Numbered from the whole stretch's first letter, positions 11,917 through 26,371 are shown. The stretch is 62,264 nucleotides of DNA, filler included, from Bipalium vagum (GCA_037834085.1; 3 parts of 3 records of this genome joined end to end with filler, not necessarily neighbours in it); one strand, 5' to 3'. Translations and numbers: made by a program. Notes: generated from the letters alone by a model not told the origin.

Positions 11917-14604
11917 AAAAGCGGGATAATGTAAAATAAAATAGTAGTAGATGTCGGCTTCTAGTTGTTCCGTGATAGGTTTGCTAATAATAATATAATA
12001 GTTATAATCAAAAGTTCCATAAAACTGCAGATGACTGATGACAACCAACTTTCATTTGGCATAAAAATTCAATAAATTCTTTCATTTCTTTTCTTTGCTA
12101 TGTTAACATGAATTTTGAAAGGCAGGTCTACGTCTAAATTACAAGTTAACTCGAGTTCTAATATATATCTAATCATATATATATATACGTTAAGTGCAAG
12201 GAGCTTGTTTAATATAATTTTTCATTTTATTTTATTTTACAATTAAATCTCTTTTGATATTTATATCAATTTAATTGAAAAATTAAAACACGAAGGTGAA
12301 CCAAAGTTGGTGCCAAAAAAAATTTATATTATTAATAAAACTTTACTTTCCTCTCATTAGTACTTCTCATGTTCAGCACTTACTTCTCCGGTGATCACAA
12401 CAATAGCGTGGGCATTGGTTTGAGAATTCTGAAACTTGCTATGTTTTCTCTTGGTAAAATATTACCTAGTTGTTTTGCAGAATATATAAAACGGGAACTA
12501 AGTTAAAATCAAACGATAAAGCTATGTAAAGACCCATTTCCCCTCCTTTTAAATTTTTCCTTGCGCACATAGATGTTTGGAAATTGTTGATCTGTGTTTA
12601 GTACAATATATAGCTGTTTGAGAGAGGTAGTCATTCAACAAGTATTGCAATCACTGTCTTTAAACTTTTTGATTGACCTTGTCTTTTTTTATCATTCAAA
12701 TCGAAGTAACTCGAATTCACAGTTTTACTACTACGGAACCTTGTCAGTAAATATTTCCTCAAATATTTGATATCCTTCCGATACTGGTTTCCGCATTTCG
12801 AATAAAAAGTAAAAGGATGAGATGTATATTTGGCCTATTCATTTATTTTGCCTTCTAAAAGTGTTAATTTAAATAAATAGCATTTAAGGATGATCGGAAA
12901 GTTTTGGCACAAAATATATAAGCTGTTATAAACATATGTAAAGTTAAATTAAATATTCAGACATTTAAAATAAGTTGTTATTTTGACTGTTGAAATATAA
13001 CTAATGTTATTACTTGTTTTGGTTTTAGACCAGAATTAGTGAAACCCCTTAATAACTAATACTCATGATGTTAGGTCTACAAGTTGAAAGGTGCTTATTA
13101 AGTAAATGACTCCAAAGTTACAATCTAACCGAAATTTGTTTTAAATAAGAAAATTTTTAATTAAAGATAATTAATAATTAATTTACACATATTTAAATTC
13201 TATCTTTTGTTAATATTTTAAGAGAGTAATAATAATAAGTATTATCCTATTAGGATGAATTTCGGTGGATGTAACACCAAGGACATCTTTTGTTTAAATA
13301 TTTTATTTTTTTAATTTTTGTTAATTGTCAAGTAACATATTACTCTTTAATTATTTATTAATTATTAACTAAAGAATTGAAAAAGATTTACTTATATATT
13401 TATGTGAATGATAACAGTCCTCTTTAGGGCCATGTGTAAGGGTTTAATTCGACGCTTACTTCGAGATCTAATCTCGAAAATATAAAAATGCTAACACTAT
13501 TCATATAGGTTAGAACTGGGCTCACCAACTACGTCAAAGGTAGTGTAACAAATAGGTGTTCTAAGATACGAGCTATTTTTAATTAAATCAAGTAAGATGA
13601 CTCGTTTTTTGTTACAAAAATATATTTTGTAATACAAATACAACTCTTATCACAGTTATAATATATATATATTAATTAATTAAAGTCTTCTTGTTTTACT
13701 ATAACCGAAGAAGCCCTGATGTCAAAAATGTGTATTCTGTCGCCTAAAGCGAAGCAGAATCGAATTGCCAAGAAAACAAACAAAAGAAATAAGAAGATTA
13801 ATAAAAAGAATGTATTGCAGAATATTTGCTCTGAATACGTTAATGATTATTTAATTAATATTATTTTTCTCAAAAGAGATCGATGTTTCAAATAGCCGAT
13901 GTGTATTTATTACCTTTTATCAGCTTAACTTGTCGGAGCGAAGTGAATTGCGAATTGAATGAGAAAACCAAGAGCTTATATACTCCCGATTTTCACATTC
14001 CTGATCTCTTGATTGATGGAAAATAAGACTTTCCATTAATAGAATAATATGGGGTTTTTGCTATTTTAGGAAAGTTCTTATATTATAGAATTTACTAAAT
14101 ATAGCCTCCCACATATTAATTATTTTTCATATTAATGTATTTTTAGTAAGTTTTATTTTCTAATTTATTATTATTCATTATTAATTATAATTATTTTATC
14201 AATTAACTTCAACCCACAATTTATATTATTATTATTTTACTTATTTATATTAATTAAAAACGAATATATAATTTAATTATTATTTATAAAATATAAAATG
14301 TAAAATGACATAAAAAGAGTCAAAATATAAAAGAAAGTAAGCCTAACAAGGCTTTTTTCATGTACATGTTTAAAATCAAACTGTTTATTAATTGTCAATA
14401 ATGAGCTTTGGAGAATCATCCTCCATAAGCTCTTGCTCTGGATGTAGAGGTTCCGTCTCAATTGCGGGCTTTGAATTTGAGTTGATTGGTACTGGGACCT
14501 TTTTTTCTATAGATCAAAACACATGTATATACATATATATAGATTGTTAAGTTATTATTAATTATTAAGTTATTATTATTAATAAACAATTTATAGTAAA
14601 TTAA

Positions 14605-15055
14605 TAGTAAAATTTATTAAAAATATATAAACCAATTTTTACATAATTTTGTCCATTTGGTTTACTGATCAAGGAGTTTTAATGTTCCTATATTTAAAAT
14701 AGATCATTAAATTATTTAAATTTTAGTCCTTACTTTTACAGATAGAATTACTATAAAGCGAGTACCTTTAGAAAGGATTCCCATATATTTGGTTTATGGA
14801 TGCTTCTCCAAATACATTCGAACAAATGTTCTTGAATGTGTTCGGAATTTCAATTCCTTGGTTTAATTTGCATTTTTAAACCATTTCAAATGCCTTCAAT
14901 ACTATTGGTGCTGACAACAGTAATTGGATTTATATATGAAACAGAGTGATTGACAGTTTTATGTTCATATCCCTTATGAGCTAATCCAATATACCTTTTT
15001 GACATATCAGTGTGTATGATTGTTCCATGTTTCACATGTTTCGTAATTTTTTTTA
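14605..15055 (-). mobile_element. Merlin (IS1595/IS1016-like DDE) transposase remnant
   Basis: Minus strand reads 'KHVKHGTIIHTDMSKRYIGLAHKGYEHKTVNHSVSYINPITVVSTNSIEGI*NGLK...HLFECIWR', matching the GTxIxTD / HxTVNHS / TNxIEGxW / YLxEFxWR motifs of Merlin/IS1595. Confidence 0.88.
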
Positions 15056-15462
15056 TGTATCTGAAGAATATCTTTCACTGGGCGACCTGAGAATGGCCTA
15101 GAGAGTGACCCGCAGACCCCTGTCGCTCTTGGTGGAACCTTTACATAAATTTCTTAGTTCAAATTAAAACAATTTTTCAGAAATTTTAGTCATTTTTAGA
15201 GGCACAAAAATATACCATTGCTATTGAACACTAAATACTTTATACTATAAGAATAATTACAAAATGACAAAGTAATTATAAAGAATGAAAAGAAGTCCAA
15301 AGATCAGTACAATTTATTACTATAAAATACAAGTCTATTTACACAACAGTCACAAAGCAAAAACTCGCCATAAATGCAGCATAAACATTGTCAATGTAAA
15401 AATATCATTTGGACCATAAAATCTGTACTGATTTATTTTGTCACTCTCACTGTCATTGCACA

Positions 15463-18400
15463 TCATAATCTGGAATATTGAACTCCTTGAATATTAAACG
15501 GAATTAATTTCAGAACAAAAATAAATTAATTTCTTACCAAAATTATACTTGCTATAAATGCTCTTGAAAAATTCTTCCAACACAACTGCCATCTCCATGA
15601 TCTGAGTTTCTGGCAAATTGTATTCTTCGGCATTGAAAAATATCTGACCGATATCTGCAAGGAACAATTTCAGTGACGGAACGCCACCGCGATATGCACC
15701 GTTCTTGCACTTGTCCATCATTTGGACGAGATCCATGGGCGCAGTAATAATCTGGTAATAGTCGGGTACCTGAATAAAATAAACATTTAATATAATCCTA
15801 TCAACAACAACGGTACCTCTTCTGGATCAACGGGTTCACGGAACGGCCATGACGCTTTGTGATTCATTAAATGTTTCAGCATGCTGTGACATGCTTTTTC
15901 GATTTTCTCAGGATTTATTTCACCATGACTGTTTCGAGCGCGTTTAATTACTGTGTGGCCACCGTCACCATTGCTATCGACAGCTGAAACACGTTTTCTA
16001 TTCACTTTCTTTGAAAACAGACTAGACAAATTCTCCACATCTTGGTCTGATTCTTCTGCGTCGCTATTCTGCACTCGTGTTTTGTTATCCTTGTACACCG
16101 TATCATCGGATTTGGCACCATATCTGGTTCTCTTTCTCGAAGGCCTTGAAGAATTTTTGTTTCCACTTATTGCGTCTTCATCATCACTAATTCCAACGTC
16201 TTCATCGTCTTCTGATTCTGTCTTGTCTTTGAATGATTTCTTTCTTTTAACGCCAGCACCGTTTCTCGACTCCGTCCCTATGGACTGTTTCTTCGTGGTT
16301 TTCTTCACAGCCATGGTTTTCTTTGATATTACATCTTTTTCTGCAACATCAACAACGTCCTCAAAATGGGTTTCTTCGTTTGACTCGTTATCCTCCTGTC
16401 TTTCCGTTGCTGCGGAACTACGAGATCGATTACTGTTTTGTTGTGATTTGACCTTGTGAATTGAGACCTCATCCAACCGACACTCACAACAGTGCCAATT
16501 CATTCGCCGAATTTGGCGCAAAGCCGGTTCGTGACATTGAGCATGAAAGCATTTTTTGCAAGACGTACATTTGGCCAATTGGTCACCATTGCTACGACCG
16601 TGGCACACACAGCACTGTTCTGAGCCGGCCGCCTGTCGTGTTTTCGTCTTCAAAGATGTCATCGTGGTTGCAACCGTGTTATCATTGTGACCACCACCTT
16701 CATTGTCACGAGCCCGGCATACCGGTCGGCAATGAGGACAGAACCATTCACCGTCTGGCACATCGTGTAGTGGAGGACGCAAACAGAACATGTGAAAAGC
16801 GTGATTACAACTGTCACAGAGTAACATGGCGTTTTCGTCGGAGCTCTTTCGGCAGACACGACATTTGTCGTCTTTGGCAGATTTGCTCCAGCACACACAG
16901 GCGTCCAAAAACGATTGTAGCACGTTCAATCGACCCTGGGTCTGAGCCTGTTGAACCGCATTGAGGAATTCGTTGCGACCGTTTGACGACTTGAGTGGCG
17001 GATTCAGAAATCGTTCATGAACACCCAAAAACACCGTCACGAGCGCTTGTTTCATTTCATCTATCGATTGGGCATTGATTAGGCACCGGTTCCATTCTTC
17101 GTAGCTCTCAACACCACCTAGACTGCCACTGCGAATCGACAACTCCGTTTCGCGCAATTCATTTTTGAATCCTTTTACCAAAAAAGATTCGACTGGTTCT
17201 GCATTCGGCGACTTCATATCTGTTGCCACCGATTCTGTCGCAGGTACCGACTTGTCCATTTCTTCTTTCAATCGTGGCAAAATCGATTCCAGCTCAATTC
17301 GGAGCGAGCTTTCACGAATACCCTTTTCACACAAACTATCGATTACTTGGACGATTTCCTCCGGAGACTTGTACATTGTCCATTCCGTTTCAATCGGTTC
17401 ACAAAAACTGCCACTATCCGGATTCAATTCCTTTTCCACATACACGGCACCGGGAGCCGTACTGAAATACCAATATCGACGGAAGAATCTATCACATCCC
17501 AAGGGTTGGATTCGCATCAATTGCTTGGCATCGCTTATCGCTGTCAAGTACGCTTTTTGACACTGCTCTATCGATTTTCGATATGTCATCTCTTCCTTCT
17601 CCAATTTTTGCATTTGTCTTTCACTTTCCAATCGTTTCTCTTTCTCTTCGGACTCCTTCAATTTCATTTCAATCGACTGACGCCGCCTGGCAACCTGACT
17701 GTACTCTTCACTACCAAATTGATCCGCTCCCGAACCTCCATTTTCATTGATAACACCTGTTCCATTATTGGTTTCGGCCATAGTACGGCACACTGCCTGT
17801 TTTGTTTGCCTCAACGATTTCAATTTGTCATTAAACTCTTTGGTATCTGACACTTTCTTTTTATATGCTTCACACGCTTCTCGTTGAAACTCGTCAATAA
17901 ACGAACTGACCATATCTAGTTCAAGAATTCGACTCTGTAAAAGTTCCAAAACGGAGATTTTGTCATCGATCGATAATTCGCAGAGTTCTTCTGTTTCCAG
18001 TTTCTCACAAATTGGAGCGGCGATTTTGTTATTGCTATGAGTAAGCATTTCGCTCTGAAAGAAAACTTGTTATTGCCGTAAACAAGAAAAACAAGTGAAA
18101 AAACACATCCCAACTTCTGTTCATTCTCGATATTAAAATAACAAAAACTTACCTCTTCTGCACCGTCAACAGATTCTTTGTTGTCCTCGACTTCGTCGTT
18201 ATCGTTCGGCTCCAGCTCCTCTGAATTTCGCACTTCCTCCAATACCAGAACCAAACGCAACAGTTCCCCGGCCGTACATGCCGTCACCGCCAATTCAGCC
18301 AGACCAAGTCCCATTTCGCGTCGATTCTAAATTTTTTTTTTAATATCAATAACGAATATCGACGTGTTTTCTATTCATACCCTGACCCGATTGTCTTGCA

Positions 18401-20396
18401 AAAGTGTTTTCAATAAGACACAGACCAACTCAGCGAGAACGGCATGCTCTCGATCACTATTTTTTACTACTGCCAAACACAATTCCTCGTTACAAATCAC
18501 CCCATTGCTATCATTAGCTTTTCCTGTCGGTACCAGAAGCTTCTTGTAACAGCGAAAGAATTCTGACATTGACAATAACCGGATCCATTGGTCCATTCTC
18601 AAACCGTCACAAACTATCACCGGGGTCCCATTGGGGATTTGTTTTGTGTACTCGATCTCAATATCTTCCACTTTTGCATTCTCCTCGCGTTTCTTCTCAC
18701 GCAATTGCGCTCGTAATTGAATTCTTCTAGCTGACATATAGGCTTCACGTTCCTCTTGGTTCATGGCATCACTAAAACGATTTAAACAGTTAAAATTGAT
18801 TATGTGAAGATAATTATTAAATCATTTGAGGTTTATGTGCAACGAGAAAATATAAAATCAATAAGAAAAAAAAGTTGTTCCCACATTTTCTTTTTCTCGT
18901 CCAACTTTTCTTTTCGAGCTTTGATGGGAATTTTGATGATATCGGGAAATTTATTGATTTGTTGATTGCTAAACAATTGACAACATTTGAAAATCAATTG
19001 TTTGACACCGGGATCGTTTGGACTATCCTTGACCAGCTTCCACAATCGCTGGGCCAAAGGTGGCAACGACCGTGTCGGACTGGACAGTGGAGATCGGATT
19101 TGGGTTTTGGGCGCCGGGGCATTCTGGGGTCCGGCAGTAATAGGAATTTCGAACAAAGTTGCCTGTTTTAATTTTTTCTTGGTTTTACCGCTCTCGTTGG
19201 ACTTTTTCGACTTTGTATTTCGCTGTGTCTCGTCTTCTCCTTTTATTAAATCACCACAGCCACTTTGGTTTTCTTTCTGACCCGACTCTTCCCTGATTTT
19301 GTTGTACATTTGAATTTCTGTATTTCGTGAAAGCTCTTTCATTTTCGATTTATCGACCACAAATTCTGGCTCAAGCACCGGCAATCGATATTTCTTCACT
19401 AAATCGTCGTCGACAACCCAGGGGAAGTTCTGCTTGCCAGAATGTCTGATAGCATGTGCACGAATAAACATTCGAATCTGATCTTTACAAGGCGGTCTAA
19501 GCGTGCGACTGGAAAGTTTGAAAAAATAGTTAAATCAATACAGAAATCGATACTTTGTTTATTGATCGGATAAACATTAGATAAAAATACGTACTCTATC
19601 GTTTCCGCTGGAATATCTTTCACCAGTTTGTCCATTTCGAAGATTTTAACGCTGTAAAAATAGTTTTTCTGAATTTACACAATAAAATACACAATTAGAA
19701 TTTAATGTTCTACTTTGACTGGGATTATTTTCTTTTTTGTATTTTCTTTATCACTGCTTGACGCATCTGAGTTGAGTTTGTTTGGAGAATTCTTATTAAA
19801 TAATAATGAATATAAGATAATAGTTCAAAATTGCTAAAACAATTACATCTGGTTCTTTGTCTTCATTGGACTTAGATCTGTCGACTTTAACCACAATACC
19901 CTTAAGACTAGGAAAATTAATAAGAATTTCCTATGGACAATCACGCAAACATACATCACTTCTTTCGGAGAGGTAAGTTTAATGGTCACTGGTTCATTAA
20001 CACAAAACTCGTGATGAATTTGGGTCCAAGATTTGTGAACAAGAGTATCAAGACTTTCCTTGCCTATATTTATATCTTAATAAATTCCACAAACAAAACT
20101 GCGTTACTGTGATGAACAAATTGAAGGACAGTTGCTTCGAAACATTTCTTGAAAGTAGTTTTCAACATTTTTGCCCAACTTTGTTCTGATTTCATAGCTT
20201 CTTTGAAAGTTAGATTTATCTGACCTGATATTCGACATGTCCATATTTTTTGATTATATAAGAAAGTTTTTCGTTTAAATTCTTCTTCATTTTCGCAAAT
20301 TTCATTTGTTAAAGAATGAAATAAAAGAGATTCCTCATCTTTCTTGTCTTTTTTAATCTTGTTGAGAATATAAAGCTTGTTTGATAATAATGGCAT
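15463..20396 (-). CDS. BAZ1A: Bromodomain adjacent to zinc finger 1A / ACF1 (WAC-DDT-WHIM/WSD-PHD-PHD-bromo)
   Basis: N-terminal WAC 'MPLLS...YNQKIWTCRISGQINLTFKEAMKSE'; DDT 'LLSMSEFFRCY'; WSD 'PLGCDRFFRRYWYF...W...EEIVQVIDSLCEKGIRESSL'; two PHD fingers (CRVC..LLCDSCNHAFHMFCLRPPL..GEWFCPHC and CCVC..CTSC..H..C..WHCCEC); bromodomain '[26 protein letters not shown]...IFFNAEEYN'. Short GT-AG introns, e.g. 20107-20064. Stop at 15463-15465. Confidence 0.95.
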
Positions 20397-21726
20397 CTAA
20401 ATCTAAATATATAATAATAATTTTAAGTTAAACGCCTTATAAAAACAAATTTATTAAAATACATCCCGCCAAAACTTGAAAATTAAAATACTGAAATCTT
20501 TATTAAAATAAGGATATTAAAATACATAGAGGAAATTTAACTCGTCAATTTTAAAGTATTATTGAAAAGTTTTTGATAATTAAGAAAATGTTTAAAAAAT
20601 TGTGTATTTAATGAATTTTTACTATTTTTATAAAAAATATTTAGTATATTGATTTTTTAATTTCACATTTCAAAATTATAGTGTTACATATCTATAACAT
20701 TAAAATTAAATAACAGTAAGAATAATTATATTGATAACAATACATAGTGAAACTTTTTAATTTATTTCTGGTTAGAGCTCATTTAAAACTTTTTAATCAA
20801 AAATGATCCTTTATTTTAAGAAAATTAATTGTTGAGATTGGATCTCTAATGCACTAGACTATAACTGTCTTTGATACTTGATATCAAACTCTCTTCTGCA
20901 CTCTGAATCGATATTGGAATGAGTATTTTGTGTAATAAGAAAATCGTATCAAGTAAGTCGGGCGATTAGTGATCTTAAATTCAATTATCAAAGTGTTTTT
21001 CTTTTTGGTGTTACCATTTTTAAAATTCAAAGCTTAGTACTTTAAAAGTAGATCACTTACTTCTCCAAAACTCTTCTCAATGACATCTTCTGTTATTTAT
21101 CTACCTTTACTGTATTATTGTGATTTTCCCAAAATTGAGAAAAATAGTAAATATAATCAAATCACTATTATGATAAAAGAATAATAATGATTAAATAAAA
21201 TAATAATTAAATAATAATACTAATAATAAAATATTAATATTAATAAATTCGGTCATAATAATAAAATAAATCTATTAATCTAAATAATGATAATATTAAG
21301 TTGCAGTCTAATGTGTTTTTACTCCTGTTTTATAGTAAATTTATCAATCACTTACATATACATGACAAATGATTAAAGCAAACTCTCTTTTTAAAATGTA
21401 TATAAATTACAAAATAAAATGGTCTAAACAAATATAATCAAAATTAAAATTTATTAATTTAAGATAAACCTAAGCTATACTAGAAAGAAAAAATATGAAT
21501 TAGGTGACTAATTCATCAGAACGTGAATGGTGAAGCTAAAAACAAAAAGAAGAGATGGGAAATTTAATTTTAAAAGCAGAAACGTGGGATTAGTTTTTCA
21601 TAAACAGCACCATTCTGTTATTTGTTTAATTAAACATTAAAATAAATACATTAACACTAGAACATCCGAGGAAATTATATACCTATAACATCCAAGGAGT
21701 CAGTTTTGACTACTTTTTCAAAAAAC

Positions 21727-21826
21727 NNNNNNNNNNNNNNNNNNNNNNNNNNNNNNNNNNNNNNNNNNNNTTAATTAATTAANNNNNNNNNNNNNNNNNN
21801 NNNNNNNNNNNNNNNNNNNNNNNNNN
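21727..21826. other. Artificial scaffold linker (N44-TTAATTAATTAA-N44)
   Basis: Exactly 100 nt with a central six-frame-stop palindrome; identical to 44761-44860. Confidence 0.95.
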
Positions 21827-23214
21827 TTATTATTATTATTATAATCATTATCATGTTATCAAAAAAACGGTCATCACTTCTGAAAATTATACTGTTACCG
21901 ATTTTATTTTTTGTATAAATTTTATTTTTGTCTAAATCGTTAATTAAATATAATATCTGCAATTTTAATTATTAGTTTCCATAACAACAAAATCAAGAGA
22001 TGTTAGTTTTCAAAAGATACATAATTTATTATGGTTTATATATTATTTCTTTTGAAAAATATTAAATTAAATTAACAATAAAATATAGATTTGCTTAATT
22101 TGATTTTTTTAAAATGTTCATTTTGGCATTATAATGATCTCACTTTCAATTGTTTTTAATTTTCTCTACAAATTATGGCATTACATGTTCAGTATTTTCA
22201 TAATAATAGACGGAGAAATATCATTAAATAATTGATTATTCTGTCAAATTTTTAATTATTAAACCTATCATTTAGATATATGGATTTATACACAAAATTA
22301 ATCCAATATTCTTGACTGTTACCTAAAAACTGATTATCTAAAATTATTCTTAAATAATTAATTAATTTTTTTAAAAAAATATAAAAATTTAAATAAAATT
22401 TAAAATAAAGTTAAATAATTAAAAAATAAAAAAATAAGAACAAAAACTAGAATAATAGATAATTTAAAAGTATAACAATAGAATACTTATTTTATAAATA
22501 ATAAAAAAATTAAAAATTATATTAATTAAATATACTATATTTGATTATTCATATTGATATTAAACTAGATGAAAATTCAACAATAAAATTAATAAATAAA
22601 CTAATAACAAAAATTAAAAAGAAGAAAAACATAACTAATGATGAGTAAAATAAATAAAAGCAAGAAAAAAAATTAAATATAAATTAAAATTTAATCAAAA
22701 AGTAAAATTGAATAAAAGAACATTGTTTTTTGTTGTATATCATTATTTCCAAAAATTTTCAACTAATTTTAGTAAAAATGATTTTTTATTTCTTTAATTT
22801 TTCCATTCATTCTCTTTTTTCATATTTCTTTCCTACTTTGTGAAAGCTTCTTAAAAACTTTTATGTGATTACAACTCTAAACTCACAGTATCTATATTTA
22901 TGATAATATCAAATAATTAATAATATTTGTTCAAGTCTTAGATGCTTATTAGCTTATTTCTAACTTCCACATAATTTACATTATTATTATGATTTTAAAT
23001 TAAAGTCTCCTGGTATGAAAACTTATAACAAGTTTAGTAAGATAAACGTTGTTTTAATTTTTTTTAAAATTTATTGATTTAATCTATAATTATTAGAATT
23101 CACATTATTTAACGTTTAGTTTTAATATTAACAAGTCACATGTTATAAAAATGTCGATACTTAACTTCAAAAATTAATTTTGTCTAAATTTATTTTTGTT
23201 AATTGCTATTCAAG

Positions 23215-26200
23215 AACGACCAAGACCTTAGTGAACTGGTTCTGAATCTGAGGCAAATTGAAGCTGAACGAGATGAATTACTTTTCAAATTTGAAAATCT
23301 TCTTTTAAAATCTGAAAATTCAAATGGTGTTGAAATCGACGATAAAATTGAGCCACAAAATGGAAGGGAAATCAACGGAGCAGAATCTACTTATAATGAA
23401 GTAAAATCGATTTTTCATGTTCACAATTTAAATTCATTTTATATTGAATTTATTTGTTTTTATTCTGCTAACCATACTATTATTAGGTTGTGACTCTAAG
23501 TCATAAATCTTTTCCCAATAATTTTTGAAATATTTATTTTTAAGTAAAAGTAAATGTATTCTATGTTTTGTTTTCAATAATATTCTGTCAAATTTTGTTT
23601 TTAATTTATATAGTATTATAAATTTCAATTTTTAAACTTTTGTGTAACGATGTAATGTATCTTGACCTACATTCATTTTTACAACATCGGCACTCCTGAT
23701 GTTGCAAACAAGATTTTAACTTCAACATCTCACTCATGGAAATAGACTGCCCAAATGCTTTGTACAAAGCAAGAAACAGTTTTTCTGGTGCATATAAAGT
23801 TCTTAGGGCCTTTGACTCAATTGAAAATGTGTATGATGGTAGAACCAGCAATGGAGCTCATCCTAAGACGACTGGAACAAGATCAGTTTGGTAAAAGACT
23901 ACAATAATACCAGCAACAAAAGTCTCTAAAACGCACCCAAGAAATTCAATGTGTGTCACATAACTATATGGAAAAGGTGGCACAGAAAGGAGCTTTTTTC
24001 CAAACATACTGGTAGAGCAACTAACTACAGTATACGTCATATTATTATAACCATTACATTTTTCATATTTTTTAAATTTATCTTAACTAAAAATTAATAC
24101 TATTTAAATATTTATAATTAACAATTAACAATATTTTCAACCAGTAGGATGTATGACTGCCTTTAGCATCGATTACTTGCTGCAAGCCCTTGGGTATACT
24201 GTTAATAGATTTGTGGAGCCAGATCCTGTCGATGCTGCCGATGAGATCCTTCTTCGTTGTGAGTCATCTCGCGCAGATTACTCTTCATAATGCCCAAGAT
24301 ATTTTCAATCGGGTTCAGATTCTGCTAATTCCCTAGCCAGAGCAGAACATTGGTGGTGTTCATGCATGACTATACAGTCAGAAGTCTATCCACACCAGTT
24401 CTGTTCTCATCACTTCTAGATATTGTATCTTGTACATTATGCTTTCTACCACATCGAGACATCCAGGGCCTTTAGAATTGTCTACTCCCCACAACATAAC
24501 CTTGACTGGATGCTTAAGAGTTTCTGTCACCGGTGATGGACTACCCGTTGTTTGCCAAACGCGTTTCTTGTTAGCTGATTGACAATCGAATATATTTTTA
24601 TCACTGAAGCACACCTTCCTCAAAAAATCAACTGGTCTATCAACAAACTGATGAGTAAACTTAATACACTTGGCTTGCATAGTTGAAGGCAACTTGAGAT
24701 TTTTCATAGGATTCATAATGAATCCATCCTAATTCACGGAGACAACAATGCACTCTGCATACTAACACATTCACTTCTTGCTCTACTAATTGTTCTTTGA
24801 CTTAATTTGCTCACAGCATCTTGTTTAGTATTATCATGCGGACTATAGTATGATCATTTTGACTTGGTGTTTTCCGTTTTGGGCCACATCTGCCGAATCT
24901 AGGTTTCGTTAATCCGTTCTTGATTTTTTGTAAACTCGAATGATGAATATTGCATTTGTGGGTTATCTGTCTTATGTAGAAATTCCTGGTAAGTAATAAT
25001 TTCTGAATTGATCAACATTGATTGAGTTAAAATCTTTACCTTTACCCATACTTAATATGAGGGAATCAATAAAAATTTATAATTAATTAATAATTAAAAT
25101 ACCTTGAAAAAATATTTTAAAAATCTTATAGTTATTATAAAATACTGTATAATGTGACAAGAGAGAGATTAAAAAGTAACATTATCATTCGGAAAACGTC
25201 CTAATTTTTCGGTAGTTGCGTTTTCATTATTTTTCAATCACTTTATAAACATTAAATTTATAAACATCATTAATTTTATCAATTTAAATAACCAATTTGC
25301 AGTTGGAAAACAATGGAAAGATATGGAGAAATGAAAACTTTAGCGCATATTGGATTGTAAATAGGTGTTAGTATAAGAAAGCAAGCTATATATTATTATG
25401 ATGCAAATATAAGGTTTTATTGTAAATTTACTATTCTAACTAAAAAAATCTATATTTTATGATTAATAATTCTTATGACTTAAATAATGTGTTATTTTGA
25501 GTCAAAAATATGGGTTTTACTTAACTGCTTTAACCTAGTTTTAATGGGGTTAATTAATTATTATCTTTTAAAAAGAATTAATTTTAAGTAGATCATTATA
25601 GGAATTATTGATCATTTTCAGTTATCAATTGTTAACATTACTTTGATTATTATCATTATAAATTTATCGATTATTAAAATCGAGTTATTTTTATTTATTT
25701 CCGACGAAAAATTAAATTAATTTATGTTACATCGATTGATAACAGCGAAAAAGATATATTTCGTAAAGTTAAGAAATTAATTTAGGAGATAAATCAGGAT
25801 TTGACGGAAAAACTGAATCGAGTTATATCTGAAAACAAAGTATTGATGGAAAAAAATAAACATTTGGAACATATAGTAGAACAGTTGGAAAGTGAAACCG
25901 ACACTATTGTCGACTATATCAATCTCTATCAGAATCAGAGATGGCTGCTGAAACAGAAGGTCAATGCTCGCGATCAACTCATGTCGAAATTAAATCATCA
26001 GAAGCAACTTATCGAAAACAAACTACGCCAATTGGAAAATTCCATTCGATCCGTTAGTCAGACAGGTGACTCGATTATTATTATTTATCATTATTTTTAT
26101 CGATTATTTAGATCTTATCGAAGATAATCAATACCGAATCACATCAGAAACATATGAGCAGATTTTGTCCATTGTTAAGGAGCTCCGGAAACCATGTGAC

Positions 26201-26371
26201 TTCATTTCCAAGCCTGACCTATCGTTAGCACAGGGTGACAATCACAATGACGGAGGTCAGAATAACTGTCAATCGTCCGCCTCAGACGGGAACGAAATAT
26301 ATCTGAATGATTTATTCGATTATCACATAATCCATTGTAAGTGCTGTGTGGGTAAAGTTATCGATCTGTGA
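23215..26371 (+). CDS. GOLGA2: Golgin subfamily A member 2 (GM130)-like, 3' exons only
   Basis: Exons ~23215-23400, 25786-26066 and 26113-26371. Conserved 'LEHIVEQLESETDTIVDYINLYQNQR' (cf. GM130 [26 protein letters not shown]) and an invertebrate-type C-terminus 'CKCCVGKVIDL*'. The 5' part was not found and may lie beyond the linker. Confidence 0.85.
24130..25049 (-). mobile_element. Tc1-like remnant in the GOLGA2 intron
   Basis: Start 'MGKGKDF' at 25049; 'KVCFSDKNIF...TLKHPVKVMLWG...GPGCL'; decayed WPGNSPDLNPIENI near 24300-24340. Confidence 0.82.

Noticed and set aside
15953-17850. Several long plus-strand ORFs (131-168 aa)
   Set aside because: They are antisense shadows of the GC-rich BAZ1A exon with no independent motifs.
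21771-21782. TTAATTAATTAA palindrome as a piggyBac target site or regulatory element
   Set aside because: It is embedded symmetrically in Ns and repeated identically at 44805, so it is an assembly linker.
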